Shown piece by piece: positions 9,317 through 18,461 of a stretch of DNA of 52,813 nt. The translations under genes were made by a program, and so were the position numbers. The stretch is from the IMG/VR virus record IMGVR_UViG_3300034110_000489, positions 1-52,813 of that record, one strand, 5' to 3'. The notes beneath the pieces are model-generated. The model did not search any database. It saw nothing but the letters and a program-made list of their open reading frames with translations, and was not told where the DNA came from. The DNA is from a virus (lineage: Duplodnaviria > Caudoviricetes). Every line of letters starts with the position of its first letter. Position 1 is the first letter of the stretch.

Positions 9317-10519
9317 TCAGCGAGGTGGACTCCACGAGCCGGTAGGGAGATCGAGGCGGGAGGCGATCTCGTCGAGAGGTCGGGTCCCGAGTTGGCTCTC
9401 CCATTCGGTGAACGCCGAGGTCGGAACTTTCAGTGTCCAGCGGTCGACCCGGATCCTCGTCTCGGTGGTGACGGTCTGAGACGGGCGTCCCGAGGCGCCG
9501 GCGAGGAGATCGTCGAGGTCGTCCCCATCGAAGCCGGTGCCTCGGAGGTCGGTCGACACGGTGCGGAGGAGGTCGCCGAGGGCGTCGGAGTCGTACGTCG
9601 CGATGTCGGTCGTTCGGTTGTCGACGAGGACGATCCGGCGCGCCTCGATCGGATCGACGTCGACGAACGTAACTGCGATCTCCGACCATCCGAGACGGGC
9701 GGCGGCCTGCCATGTGTGGTTTCCGACGAGGATCTCCCGAGTCGGCCGGTTCACGACGATCGGTCGGTACTGTCCGTGTGTGGCGAGGCTCTCCGCTATG
9801 GCCCCTACGTCGCCTTGTCGGGCGTTGCCGGGATAGGGGACGAGGGAGTCGATCGGGACGGGTTCGGCGGAGATGGTGGAGAGGCGGACCGGGGTCGACT
9901 CCGGGTCGACGCGTCGAGGTCGAGGGCGGGCGGGGAGGTCGAGTCGGCGGCGGAGGCTCTCCTCCGGTTTCAGCGTCGACTGCTCGATCGGTGTCGCCCA
10001 TGACTCGAACGGATCACGCTCGACGATGAGGAGGTGACGACCGACGGCGATCTCGGCGTCGACGATCGGAGCGTCGTCGAAGATGTCCTGACCGTTGCTC
10101 GTCGACAGTGGGGGAGGGTCGGACCATAACCCTTCGAGAGCGTCGAGGTCGTCGGCGGTGTATCCGGTCCCGTCGAGGTCGGGGAGGTCTCGGAGGAGTG
10201 AGGCGAGGAGAGAGTCGTCGTAGGTCGCGAGATCCGAAGCGCGGTTATCGACGAGCACGATCCGGGCCTCGGTGTCGTCGTCGACGTCGACGAACGAGAC
10301 GGCGATCTTTCGCCATCCGAGACGCTTAGCGGCGCGCCAAGTGTGAGTACCGGCGAGGATCCGGGAGGTTCGTCGGTTGGCGACGATCGGTCGGTACTGA
10401 CCGTGGGCGGAGAGCGACTCGGCGATCGCGTCGACGTTGCCGCGTCGCGGGTTGCGCGGGTGCGGGGTCAGTGAGTCGAGCGGAACGGACTCGGTGTCGG
10501 CGATGATCCTCGGAGCCAT
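9317..10519 (-). CDS. Protein with two tandem ParB-like domains
   Basis: Two copies of N(P/A)RxG..IAESL..HGQYRPIV..G.HTW..LVDNR. Confidence 0.87.
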   Translation of the reverse strand: MAPRIIADTESVPLDSLTPHPRNPRRGNVDAIAESLSAHGQYRPIVANRRTSRILAGTHTWRAAKRLGWRKIAVSFVDVDDDTEARIVLVDNRASDLATYDDSLLASLLRDLPDLDGTGYTADDLDALEGLWSDPPPLSTSNGQDIFDDAPIVDAEIAVGRHLLIVERDPFESWATPIEQSTLKPEESLRRRLDLPARPRPRRVDPESTPVRLSTISAEPVPIDSLVPYPGNARQGDVGAIAESLATHGQYRPIVVNRPTREILVGNHTWQAAARLGWSEIAVTFVDVDPIEARRIVLVDNRTTDIATYDSDALGDLLRTVSTDLRGTGFDGDDLDDLLAGASGRPSQTVTTETRIRVDRWTLKVPTSAFTEWESQLGTRPLDEIASRLDLPTGSWSPPR

Positions 10520-10653
10520 GTCGTCGACTGTAGTCGGGACGCGTCTCGGCCCCGACCTCGACCGGGCGGACGGGAGATCGGGGCCGAGGACGACGAGCGG
10601 GGAGGGCGGTCTCCCGGTTGCTCGTCGGGCTAGGTCAGGCGGCGAGGATCTCG

Positions 10654-13071
10654 TCAGTCATGGCGGAGACCTTTCTCAGTGAGTCGGATCAGGAGATCGC
10701 CGAGGATCGACCTCGACGTCGAGTCAGGATCGGACGAGTCGCCGTCGGTGGCGGCGTCGACGATCTCGCGTTTCGCTGCGATCAGTGCGGCGATGTCCTC
10801 GTCGATCGTGCCGGCGACGATCATGTTCCACGCGGTGACGCTGTCGGTCTGTCCGATGCGATGGCAACGATCCGCGGCCTGATCCATGTCGGCCGGCGTC
10901 CACCCTTGTTCGATGAACAGGACATCGGCGGCGGCGGTGAGGGTGAGTCCGACTCCGGCGGCCTTCAGCGAACACGCGATGACCTGAGCGCTTTCGGTCT
11001 GTTGAAACTGATCGACGGCGATCTGCCGATCCGGGATCGAGACCGCTCCGGTGATGCGGCGACCGTCGGCGAACTCGTCGGCGATGAGGTCGACGATCTC
11101 TCGATGATGAGCGAAGGCGACGAGTTTCGATCCGGTGTCGACGAAGTCGGCGACCCATTGTCGAGCGGCGGGGACCTTTGCTCGGGCGGCGAGACGTTTC
11201 AGGGCGGACACGGCGACGAGGTGCTCAGCGGCGGCGGCGCGTGTCGCTGCTTCCCATGCGACGCGACGCGCCTCCTCCGACGTTGCTCCGGATTCCTCGG
11301 CGGTCCGTCGAGCACTGTCGGCGAGGTATGAGACGATGTCGGCCTCGGCTCGGTGGTACTCGCGCATTGCGGCCGGGTCGCCGTCGACGATGATCGAGGA
11401 CCATCGTTTCGGAGGTAGTTCCGTGAGGACGTCCTCCTTCCGGCGTCGGACCATACACGAGGCTCGGAGTCGTCGGTTCAGTTCGGGGAGGTTATGTCCG
11501 CCGGCGTATCGGGTCCGGAAGTCGCCGGGTCCGCCGAACTCGTCGAGGCGTCGGAGGAATCGGAGTTGGGTCACGATCTCGCCGGGGACGTTGACGACGG
11601 GGGTCCCGGTGAGGCAGAGGCGGAGGGCGTCGGGAGCGGTCCGGTCGGCGAGTCTGATCGCCGCTTTCGTGCGGAGCGCTGTCCCGTTCTTGATGTAATG
11701 CGACTCGTCGAGGATGACGGCGGCCGGTGTGGGGAGCACCTCGGCCCAAGTGTCGAGGACGTCGTAGTTCACGATCGTCACGTCGGGCGGTGGGTTCTGA
11801 GCGGTGTCGGCCCGGGTCCCGGAGATCACTCCGACCGACCATCCGGGGAGCCAGTGCTCGACCTCTCGGCGCCAGTTGAGTTTCAGCGAGGCGGGGCAGA
11901 CGATGACGGCGGGACGGGCGTCCCGGGCGGCGAGGCACGCGAGAGCCTGAACGGTCTTTCCTAGTCCCATCTGATCGGCGATCAGGACATCGCCTCCGGC
12001 TCGGAGGACATAGGCGACCCCGGCACGTTGGAACGGGAGGAGGGTCCCTCCGAGTCCGTCGATCTCGATCTCGGCGTCGGCGGCGGCGGAGGCTTCGATC
12101 CGGGCGATCGCCTCGGCGGCGTCGGTGAGGACCTCGGCGGCGGTCGCGTCGATGATGGCGGACGTCGCGACGGCGAACTCGGAGACCTCGATCGCTGCTT
12201 CGATGTCGACGGTCCACACTCTCGACCGGGCGGACCATCGGGCGCCGGGGAGGTCTCGGACTCGGGCGATGAGATCACGGTCGTAAGGGAACCGGAGGAT
12301 GAACTCGCCGGTCGCGATCGAGATCGCAGGTCGGAGGTCCGGCTCGATCTCGGGGAGATCGGCCACGGCGGCGGGGATGGTGAGTCGGTGTCGTGCGGCG
12401 AAGGTGCGGACCAGTGCGGCCGAGGACAGCGGGGCGGTCCACACTCGACGATCGGGATCCCATAGGCGACCGGGGATGTCTTTCACGGCGCCGACGGCGT
12501 CCGGGTCGTAGTCGAACGCTAGTACGAGGAGGTCCTCGACGATCGACACGGATCCGAGAGGGACGTCGACAGCGGTCGAGAGAACCTCACGCGCTGCCGG
12601 CGTAATCGGGATGTCGTGCTCGGCGGCGACTTCGAGGACCATCGAGAAACGTCGAGGCGGGACAATCCATCGTTTCCCGTCGCGATCCCATCGGGCGGAC
12701 AGTTTCGATTTCACGTCGAGCGGATGACCGTATGGAACCTTGATCGTGATCCCGAGAGTCTGATCGTGATCGACGAGGACGATCCCTCGACCCTGAGTCG
12801 GTGTCGTGACGGATCGAGGCGGAACGATCGCGTCGTAGTCGATGCCGATCGTCGAGAGTTGGGCGCGATACTTGCGAAGCATTTCCCACGCCTCGCGCGC
12901 GATCTCCGGCGTCCATGCTTGTTCGGGCATCATGGCGAGAGCGCGACCGAACGGAGCATCCGGTCCGGAGTATCCGATCCCGTCGTCGGTCGAGGCGCCA
13001 TCGCATCGGCGCGCGATGATCCGGACCGCTTCCATGAGGAGAGGATCCGGATCGACTGTCGTGTCGGTCAT
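10654..13071 (-). CDS. SNF2-family helicase with N-terminal HARP-like repeats
   Basis: ADQMGLGKT, DESH, LTGTP, GVGLTL, QAADRCHRIGQ; start set at ATGA overlap. Confidence 0.9.
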   Translation of the reverse strand: MTDTTVDPDPLLMEAVRIIARRCDGASTDDGIGYSGPDAPFGRALAMMPEQAWTPEIAREAWEMLRKYRAQLSTIGIDYDAIVPPRSVTTPTQGRGIVLVDHDQTLGITIKVPYGHPLDVKSKLSARWDRDGKRWIVPPRRFSMVLEVAAEHDIPITPAAREVLSTAVDVPLGSVSIVEDLLVLAFDYDPDAVGAVKDIPGRLWDPDRRVWTAPLSSAALVRTFAARHRLTIPAAVADLPEIEPDLRPAISIATGEFILRFPYDRDLIARVRDLPGARWSARSRVWTVDIEAAIEVSEFAVATSAIIDATAAEVLTDAAEAIARIEASAAADAEIEIDGLGGTLLPFQRAGVAYVLRAGGDVLIADQMGLGKTVQALACLAARDARPAVIVCPASLKLNWRREVEHWLPGWSVGVISGTRADTAQNPPPDVTIVNYDVLDTWAEVLPTPAAVILDESHYIKNGTALRTKAAIRLADRTAPDALRLCLTGTPVVNVPGEIVTQLRFLRRLDEFGGPGDFRTRYAGGHNLPELNRRLRASCMVRRRKEDVLTELPPKRWSSIIVDGDPAAMREYHRAEADIVSYLADSARRTAEESGATSEEARRVAWEAATRAAAAEHLVAVSALKRLAARAKVPAARQWVADFVDTGSKLVAFAHHREIVDLIADEFADGRRITGAVSIPDRQIAVDQFQQTESAQVIACSLKAAGVGLTLTAAADVLFIEQGWTPADMDQAADRCHRIGQTDSVTAWNMIVAGTIDEDIAALIAAKREIVDAATDGDSSDPDSTSRSILGDLLIRLTEKGLRHD

Positions 13072-13595
13072 GCCGGATCGTTCACCATTTCGAGGACTGC
13101 CTCGATCGCTGCGATCTGATCGGCGTCGCCGATGCCGAGGGGACGGGCGGCGATCCGGAGGCGACGGATCATCGCGGCGACCGCTTCGGCCTCCGAGTCG
13201 TAGGGTGCGGCGTTGCTCGTTCCCTCGAATGGGTTCGTGAGGCGACATCCCGTCTTCGTGTTGCGGCGGGTGATCGTCACGCTCTGACCGTCGGCGTCTC
13301 CCCATGAGATCACGATCGTCTTCGGGAGGTGGAGGTTCGCCTCTCCGAGTGCGATCGCCTCGACGACCTCGGGCTTCGCTGATCGACGAGCGGCGGCGTC
13401 GGCCTTCACTGCTGCTTCAGCGGCGGCGACACGCGTCGCGCACGAGTCGAGGTCTCCACACTTCACGAACCACGGTGAGGAGTGGAACGGATAGTTCTTG
13501 TAGATGAAACCCTGACCGGCTTCGACGTGCTCGTGGCACTTGCCGCACGAGCCGGCGTAAGTGTTGGGGCGGTGGGCGGTGGTGGTCGTTGTCAT
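13068..13595 (-). CDS. Hypothetical protein with N-terminal Cys motif (P3, leaderless)
   Basis: NTYAGSCGKC..V.AGQG; ATG 7 nt after the -10 box. Confidence 0.7.
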   Translation of the reverse strand: MTTTTTAHRPNTYAGSCGKCHEHVEAGQGFIYKNYPFHSSPWFVKCGDLDSCATRVAAAEAAVKADAAARRSAKPEVVEAIALGEANLHLPKTIVISWGDADGQSVTITRRNTKTGCRLTNPFEGTSNAAPYDSEAEAVAAMIRRLRIAARPLGIGDADQIAAIEAVLEMVNDPA

Positions 13596-13602
13596 GTCAG
13601 TA

Positions 13603-13631
13603 ATCATACGTCTCGACTCTACCCCGGTCAA
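13603..13631 (-). promoter_or_regulatory. Conserved promoter P3
   Basis: TTGACC-ggggtagagtcgagacg (17 nt)-TATGAT. Confidence 0.85.
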
Positions 13632-13670
13632 GTATGCCGAGAGATGCCATAGCGGACAAGGGATCGCGGG

Positions 13671-13931
13671 CTAGGCGGTCCGGGTCCGACCGTGGCGGAG
13701 GTCTTTGTAGATCGCCTGCTCGGAGGTGCCGGCGGCCTCGGCCAGTGTCCGAAACGGGACGTGCTTCAGGCGGAGTTCTCGGAGGAGGGCGCGTCGCTCT
13801 CGACCGTTGTCGGCGATGCGTTTCTCAGAGGCGCGCATCTCACGAGTCAGGAGTCGGATCCGTTGAAGATCGTCGGCGACGTGCTCCGGTGCGGGAGGTG
13901 TCGGTCGTCGGTTGGGAGCAGTGCTGTTCAT
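13671..13931 (-). CDS. HTH DNA-binding protein
   Basis: VPFRTLAEAAGTSEQAIYKDL. Confidence 0.75.
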   Translation of the reverse strand: MNSTAPNRRPTPPAPEHVADDLQRIRLLTREMRASEKRIADNGRERRALLRELRLKHVPFRTLAEAAGTSEQAIYKDLRHGRTRTA

Positions 13932-14296
13932 CGTTTTGTTTCTCCTTCGATGATGAGGACGAGAGCATCTCGTCCGATCTTGGGGGCTAGGTAAGTGATG
14001 CTGCGGACGATGTCGGGAGTGTCATCGTCGAGAACTCCGGCGTCGACGAGTCCGTCGATCGCTGCCTTCGCTGCGGGATGACACGCGCCAGTATCCTGAA
14101 CGCCGGCACGATTGCGGAGCCACGGTTCGACGATCACGTCGCACCATTCGAGTCGTGGAGGGGCGAGTTCGGTCGCGAGGAGCGCGTACGCTGTCCTCCA
14201 CTGTTTCGTTTTCTTGGCGCGATCCCATCGGTTACCGGAGCGCTCGGCGTTCGTGGTCCACGGCCGTTCGGGATATTCGATTCCGAATGAGATCAT
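13928..14296 (-). CDS. RusA-like Holliday junction resolvase
   Basis: D.....AAKAAIDGLVDAGVLDDD. Confidence 0.8.
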   Translation of the reverse strand: MISFGIEYPERPWTTNAERSGNRWDRAKKTKQWRTAYALLATELAPPRLEWCDVIVEPWLRNRAGVQDTGACHPAAKAAIDGLVDAGVLDDDTPDIVRSITYLAPKIGRDALVLIIEGETKR

Positions 14297-15051
14297 CGAG
14301 AATCATCCTCATACTCAGTTTCCGCTATCGCGCATAGAAGTGAACACTCGAACGAGGCTTCGGTAGCGTGATTTCCCCGAGCGGGATCGAGTTCGTCGAG
14401 AAACAATTTCTCCCCGTCTGATCGCAAGACACTGTTTCCGATGTCTCGTTCAAGTTTCGCCATTCGATCGAATGTCTCGGGGAAGTCGATTCTGATCTTG
14501 TTCCAGTAACCCATTCCACCTTTCGGACATCCGATACAGTTGTTGTTCTGATAACCGAGCGAATACATAACGGGCAGTTCAATTCCTGCGCGTGCGATCA
14601 TGGCGAGGCAGTCGGACTTCGTGAGACCGAAGTCGATTAGGGGCGTGACGAGATCGACTCCGGGATTCTGATCTCTGAATCGTTCGGCTCGATGTCTCTC
14701 CTCGACTGTGTATCCGAAGACCTGTCGATCGGTTGGTTTCTCGAATGAGTAACGAACTTTTTTCTTTAGTTCTGTCGTACATGGAGCGCCGAACGCTGAG
14801 ACGATGAACCGACGTTTCTCCCAAACTTCCCAAGTATCGGTGAACTTCTCTGATTTCAATCGAGTGACGGGATGACCGAACCACTCCTCGCACTGGTCAA
14901 TGAAGCGAACGTTGTCGGGATGCTCACTTCCGGGATCCGTGTACGCGATCACGATCTCGCCGAGGTCCGAAAAGTTTTTCAGTGTCAGTTTTGCGGCCAC
15001 TGCGGACGCGGCTCCGGCACTGAACCATACGAGCGTTCGAGGTTGACTCAT
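14293..15051 (-). CDS. PAPS-reductase/PP-loop family protein
   Basis: VWFSAGAASAVA, EHPDN, CTTELK, NNCIGCPKGG. Confidence 0.75.
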   Translation of the reverse strand: MSQPRTLVWFSAGAASAVAAKLTLKNFSDLGEIVIAYTDPGSEHPDNVRFIDQCEEWFGHPVTRLKSEKFTDTWEVWEKRRFIVSAFGAPCTTELKKKVRYSFEKPTDRQVFGYTVEERHRAERFRDQNPGVDLVTPLIDFGLTKSDCLAMIARAGIELPVMYSLGYQNNNCIGCPKGGMGYWNKIRIDFPETFDRMAKLERDIGNSVLRSDGEKLFLDELDPARGNHATEASFECSLLCAIAETEYEDDSR

Positions 15052-15620
15052 CGAAGCCATCCGTGACGACGTGAGCATCCCGGCCACGCTCGGTAACCGG
15101 ACGATGCGAGGACACGCTCGGCGACGACGATCTGCTGCTCTCGTGTCGCCTCCCACGGATGAGCGGAGAACTCCCCACCTCCGAACGATGTCCACGTCGA
15201 CCACCTCGGACCGTGAGCGAACTGAAGTCCGCCGCCGTATCCGTTGCCGGTGTTCGCTGACCAGTTGCCGCCGGTCTCGCATTGCGCGAGAACGTCCCAT
15301 CGGTCGGAGGTCGGGGTCGACTCGACCGAGATCGAGGCCGGCTCGACCGGTGCGATCCTCTGAACCGGCGGTGTCGAGACGGTCGTCGTCGCGTTGAGGA
15401 ACGAGAGGTCGATCGTCGTCGACGTTGTCGAGGTCGTCTCCGGCGCGACGGGTGACGAGAGGCGGTCGATCGGGCATCGGTCCGCCCGGTAGATCAGACA
15501 TCCCGGGGAGGTCGTCTCGGTCGACGACGCGTCGGAAAATGCCGAGAGGATGAGGATCATCGCGAGGATCAGGATCAGGACAGCGGCGAACAGCGCTGCG
15601 AGAGGTTTGTTCAGTTTCAT
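15048..15620 (-). CDS. Rpf-like lytic transglycosylase with signal peptide or membrane anchor
   Basis: WDVLAQCETGGNWSANTGNGYGGGLQF...AWPGC; hydrophobic N-terminus; S/T-rich linker. Confidence 0.9.
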   Translation of the reverse strand: MKLNKPLAALFAAVLILILAMILILSAFSDASSTETTSPGCLIYRADRCPIDRLSSPVAPETTSTTSTTIDLSFLNATTTVSTPPVQRIAPVEPASISVESTPTSDRWDVLAQCETGGNWSANTGNGYGGGLQFAHGPRWSTWTSFGGGEFSAHPWEATREQQIVVAERVLASSGYRAWPGCSRRHGWLR

Positions 15621-16000
15621 TCCGGGTTTCCTTCCCACGACCAGCGGCGGAAACCGCGCTCGTGTGCTTCTGTCGGATGAGTTTCGATTCGGTCGTGGCA
15701 GTGCCGGCACACGACGAGGTACTCGGATCGTGATCCGCCGACGATGCGGCCGCCCTGAGACCTCGGGAGGATCTCGTGAACGTCGACAGTGCGAACGGTA
15801 CATCCGTCGTCCCACTGTGCTTCGCAGATTCGGTGTTCGTCGAGCATCCGGGCGACGAGGGCGCGTCGCTCGAGGTACAGTCGGGCGGTCTTCTTTGATC
15901 GTGGGCGGAGCGGTGTCCGGTCGGGACGCCACGGCGTTTTCGCTCGGAGCGGTGTCCGGCGGGTGAGTCCTCGACGGCGCTCGGGGGGCGTGGTGGTCAT
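15617..16000 (-). CDS. HNH endonuclease-like protein
   Basis: CE...C...DVHEILPRSQGG...VCRHCH. Confidence 0.75.
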   Translation of the reverse strand: MTTTPPERRRGLTRRTPLRAKTPWRPDRTPLRPRSKKTARLYLERRALVARMLDEHRICEAQWDDGCTVRTVDVHEILPRSQGGRIVGGSRSEYLVVCRHCHDRIETHPTEAHERGFRRWSWEGNPE

Positions 16001-16027
16001 GAGAGGCGATCCTAGCGTTACGGAGGG

Positions 16028-16348
16028 TTAGTCCGAGTAGATGGAACGGGGGAGGTCTGTCGGGATGTCCGTCGAGCACACTCGACAGCGCTCGACGGTG
16101 ACCGGGGCATCGGGCGGAGAGATCACTCGGAAACCCTCATCGCATCCGCACGGTCGATTTCCGAGGCGCGCTCCGATGGTCTCCGGATGGTCTCGGATCG
16201 TGCGGAGATAGCGGAGGCAGAGGCGACGGGCGGCCGGCGTGTCGAGCGTCGAGAAGCCGGCGATGACATCGGCGACGGTGTCACGCTGACGCGGGGAGAG
16301 TCGCGGCCATAGGGTCACGACCTCGGAGGCGATCTCGGGATCCGTCAC
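16028..16348 (-). CDS. Hypothetical Zn-binding protein
   Basis: CGC...CRVC; GTGA overlap. Confidence 0.55.
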   Translation of the reverse strand: MTDPEIASEVVTLWPRLSPRQRDTVADVIAGFSTLDTPAARRLCLRYLRTIRDHPETIGARLGNRPCGCDEGFRVISPPDAPVTVERCRVCSTDIPTDLPRSIYSD

Positions 16349-16808
16349 CTAGTGAGATCCGTCCGGGCGTCGTAAGGATTTCCGTATCGTTGTGCTTCTG
16401 AGCGTCGGCGTACAGGCGCAGGAACTGCGCGCGTATCGTCTCCGGGTTCGTCGAGTGGCAGAGATCCCACCATCCGATCGAGGCGACAGTCTCGGCGATC
16501 GCCGGATGAGAGAACGCCCCGGTCGTCGAGGTGAGTCCGGTCGAGGTGAGTCGACGGACCTCCGCCCACGCCTCGGCCGGGGATGGTGAGAGGAGTCCGG
16601 CACGGTGAGCGGTGCGGCGGCGGATCGTCGCGACGGTGGGCCAGCGGTCTTCGGTGAGGACGAGGTCGCGCACGGCGGCGAGAGCGGCGTCGTGATCGAG
16701 ATCGCCGAGACCGTCGGCGTAGACCGCCACGGTCTCGCGACTCGCGGGCCACTGAGGGTACGCGGCGGAGATGATGGCGACGAGTGCGGCGGCTTCACGG
16801 GGGTTCAT
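16281..16808 (-). CDS. Replicative helicase loader/inhibitor (G39P-like)
   Basis: MNPREAAALVAIISAAYP...WPTVATIR...AEAWAEV; follows initiator. Confidence 0.7.
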   Translation of the reverse strand: MNPREAAALVAIISAAYPQWPASRETVAVYADGLGDLDHDAALAAVRDLVLTEDRWPTVATIRRRTAHRAGLLSPSPAEAWAEVRRLTSTGLTSTTGAFSHPAIAETVASIGWWDLCHSTNPETIRAQFLRLYADAQKHNDTEILTTPGRISLGDGSRDRLRGRDPMAATLPASA

Positions 16809-16829
16809 TGTATCGCTCCGGGGGTTAGG

Positions 16830-17681
16830 TTACCGAGGTTGGTCGTCGAGGGAGGCGAGGAAGTCTCGGACGCCTGAGAGACCTCTCGGACCGGCGGACT
16901 GTTGCTCTCGCATTGCTTGAAGTCTCATCCGCTCGTAATGCCGGCGGAGAGCATCGGGGGAGAGGATGTTCGTCGACCAAAACGAATGAACCGTCGCCCA
17001 TCGGATTGCTTTCTCGATCTGCTCCGGGGTGCGGTCGTCGATGCGGATCATCCGGTCGAGTGTCGTGATCCATGCCTTCGACACTTTCGGTCGGCGGGCG
17101 CCGTTGTCGGCGATGAGGTCGGCGAGGAGATCGCCGAGTCGGTGGCATTCGATGAGTCGAGTCTCGACGTCAGGGTCGACGATCACGATCTCGGTCGACT
17201 TCGTCGCCGAGGGACGTTTCTTCTCTGTTGTGATCTCTGTTGTAATCTCTGTTGTAATCTCTGTAATAGAAGCGCCCATGAGGGCGGATCCATCGGCCCT
17301 AGTGGGCTGATCCATGCGCCCATCCGGGCAGATGGAAGCGCCCGTCGGGGCAGATGGTCGAGCGGTCAGGATCGGACACTCGTAGTCGATCCGATACCAC
17401 TTTCGACGGTGGTACGCCTCCGGTTGACATGAGATCAGGATCCCGGCGGCTTCGAGTCGAGTGATCGACGCGCGCGCCTGTTTCTCGGTGATGCCGATTT
17501 CGTCGGACCATTGCTCGTACGTCTTGTAGACCCATCGTTCGCCGGCGTGTCGAGCGGTCGCCCGTTGTAACCAGTAATGGACCTGCTGAAGAACGGCGGC
17601 GTCGGAGAGGTGTCCGAGGGTGCGGACGAGGGCAGGCTGAATGACGAGACACGGCTCGTCGAGGAGGAGGGCGGAGGTCAT
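16830..17681 (-). CDS. Replication initiator (wHTH; lambda O/DnaD-like organisation)
   Basis: AAVLQQVHYW, WVYKTYEQW, C-terminal FWSTNILSP.ALR. Confidence 0.8.
   Translation of the reverse strand: MTSALLLDEPCLVIQPALVRTLGHLSDAAVLQQVHYWLQRATARHAGERWVYKTYEQWSDEIGITEKQARASITRLEAAGILISCQPEAYHRRKWYRIDYECPILTARPSAPTGASICPDGRMDQPTRADGSALMGASITEITTEITTEITTEKKRPSATKSTEIVIVDPDVETRLIECHRLGDLLADLIADNGARRPKVSKAWITTLDRMIRIDDRTPEQIEKAIRWATVHSFWSTNILSPDALRRHYERMRLQAMREQQSAGPRGLSGVRDFLASLDDQPR
17223..17267. repeat. Tandem 12-bp AT-rich repeats (candidate iterons/origin)
   Basis: atctctgttgta-like unit about 3.7 copies, encoding ITEITTEITTEITTE. Confidence 0.65.
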
Positions 17682-17804
17682 GCGATCGGTCTCCCGGTGG
17701 CGGTGGCGGTGGGGCGGTGACTCTAGTCCGAACATGAGAGCGGTCGCGTCGAACTACACTCGACGACGGTCCTCCGTTCTCTGTGGTGGTGTTTCGGTGG
17801 ACCG

Positions 17805-17843
17805 GTCGAGGGTCGGGACTGCCAAGCGCTCCCGACCCTCGAC
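17805..17843 (-). terminator. 14-bp hairpin after SSAP gene
   Basis: gtcgagggtcggga...tcccgaccctcgac; no U-tract. Confidence 0.55.
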
Positions 17844-17853
17844 GCGTCCGGAC

Positions 17854-18447
17854 CTACATCGAGGCGGCCTCGACAAACGTCGACGACTGACTCTCCCATT
17901 CGGCGATGAATGCCTCGGCGTCGGGGACATCGCCGGCAGTCATCGCCGACGGATGACCGAACCGCTCGGCGAAACCCTGCTTTGCTGCGATGCGTGCCGG
18001 TGCCGGCTCGATCGCGTTCATCCGGTCGACGAGGATCGCGATCGCCGGCGGCATCTTGGACGGCTTCGACTTCGGCGCCGGTGTCGGTGTCGGTGTCGAG
18101 CGCTCGGCCTGACGGTTCCGGACCTCCTCAGCGGAGGCGAGAGATCGGTTCACGGCGATGCCGGCGGCGGCCAGTGCTCGACCGATCGCCGACGTCTCGG
18201 CGTTCATCATCTCCGAATCCTTTGTGTACGGGGTCTTGCCGGGGAATGGCTCCCACGCCGAGGCGATACAGGGGAGAGGGTCCTCCGGCGTGCGGAACAC
18301 CGAGGTCGTGACCTCGATGAAAACGCGATCGCCGACGGTGCGGATCACGGGAGCGGACGAGACGATCCGTCCGTCCGGGTGTTCCTTGTAGAACAGTGCT
18401 TCACGTTGGGGGACGGTGACGTAATCACCGAGATCGAATCCAGCCAT
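17854..18447 (-). CDS. Putative single-strand annealing protein (Rad52/Erf-like)
   Basis: FDLGDYVTV..R, NAETSAIGRALA, ASAEEV; adjacent to Gam. Confidence 0.6.
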   Translation of the reverse strand: MAGFDLGDYVTVPQREALFYKEHPDGRIVSSAPVIRTVGDRVFIEVTTSVFRTPEDPLPCIASAWEPFPGKTPYTKDSEMMNAETSAIGRALAAAGIAVNRSLASAEEVRNRQAERSTPTPTPAPKSKPSKMPPAIAILVDRMNAIEPAPARIAAKQGFAERFGHPSAMTAGDVPDAEAFIAEWESQSSTFVEAASM

Positions 18448-18461
18448 TTCAGTTTCCTCTT

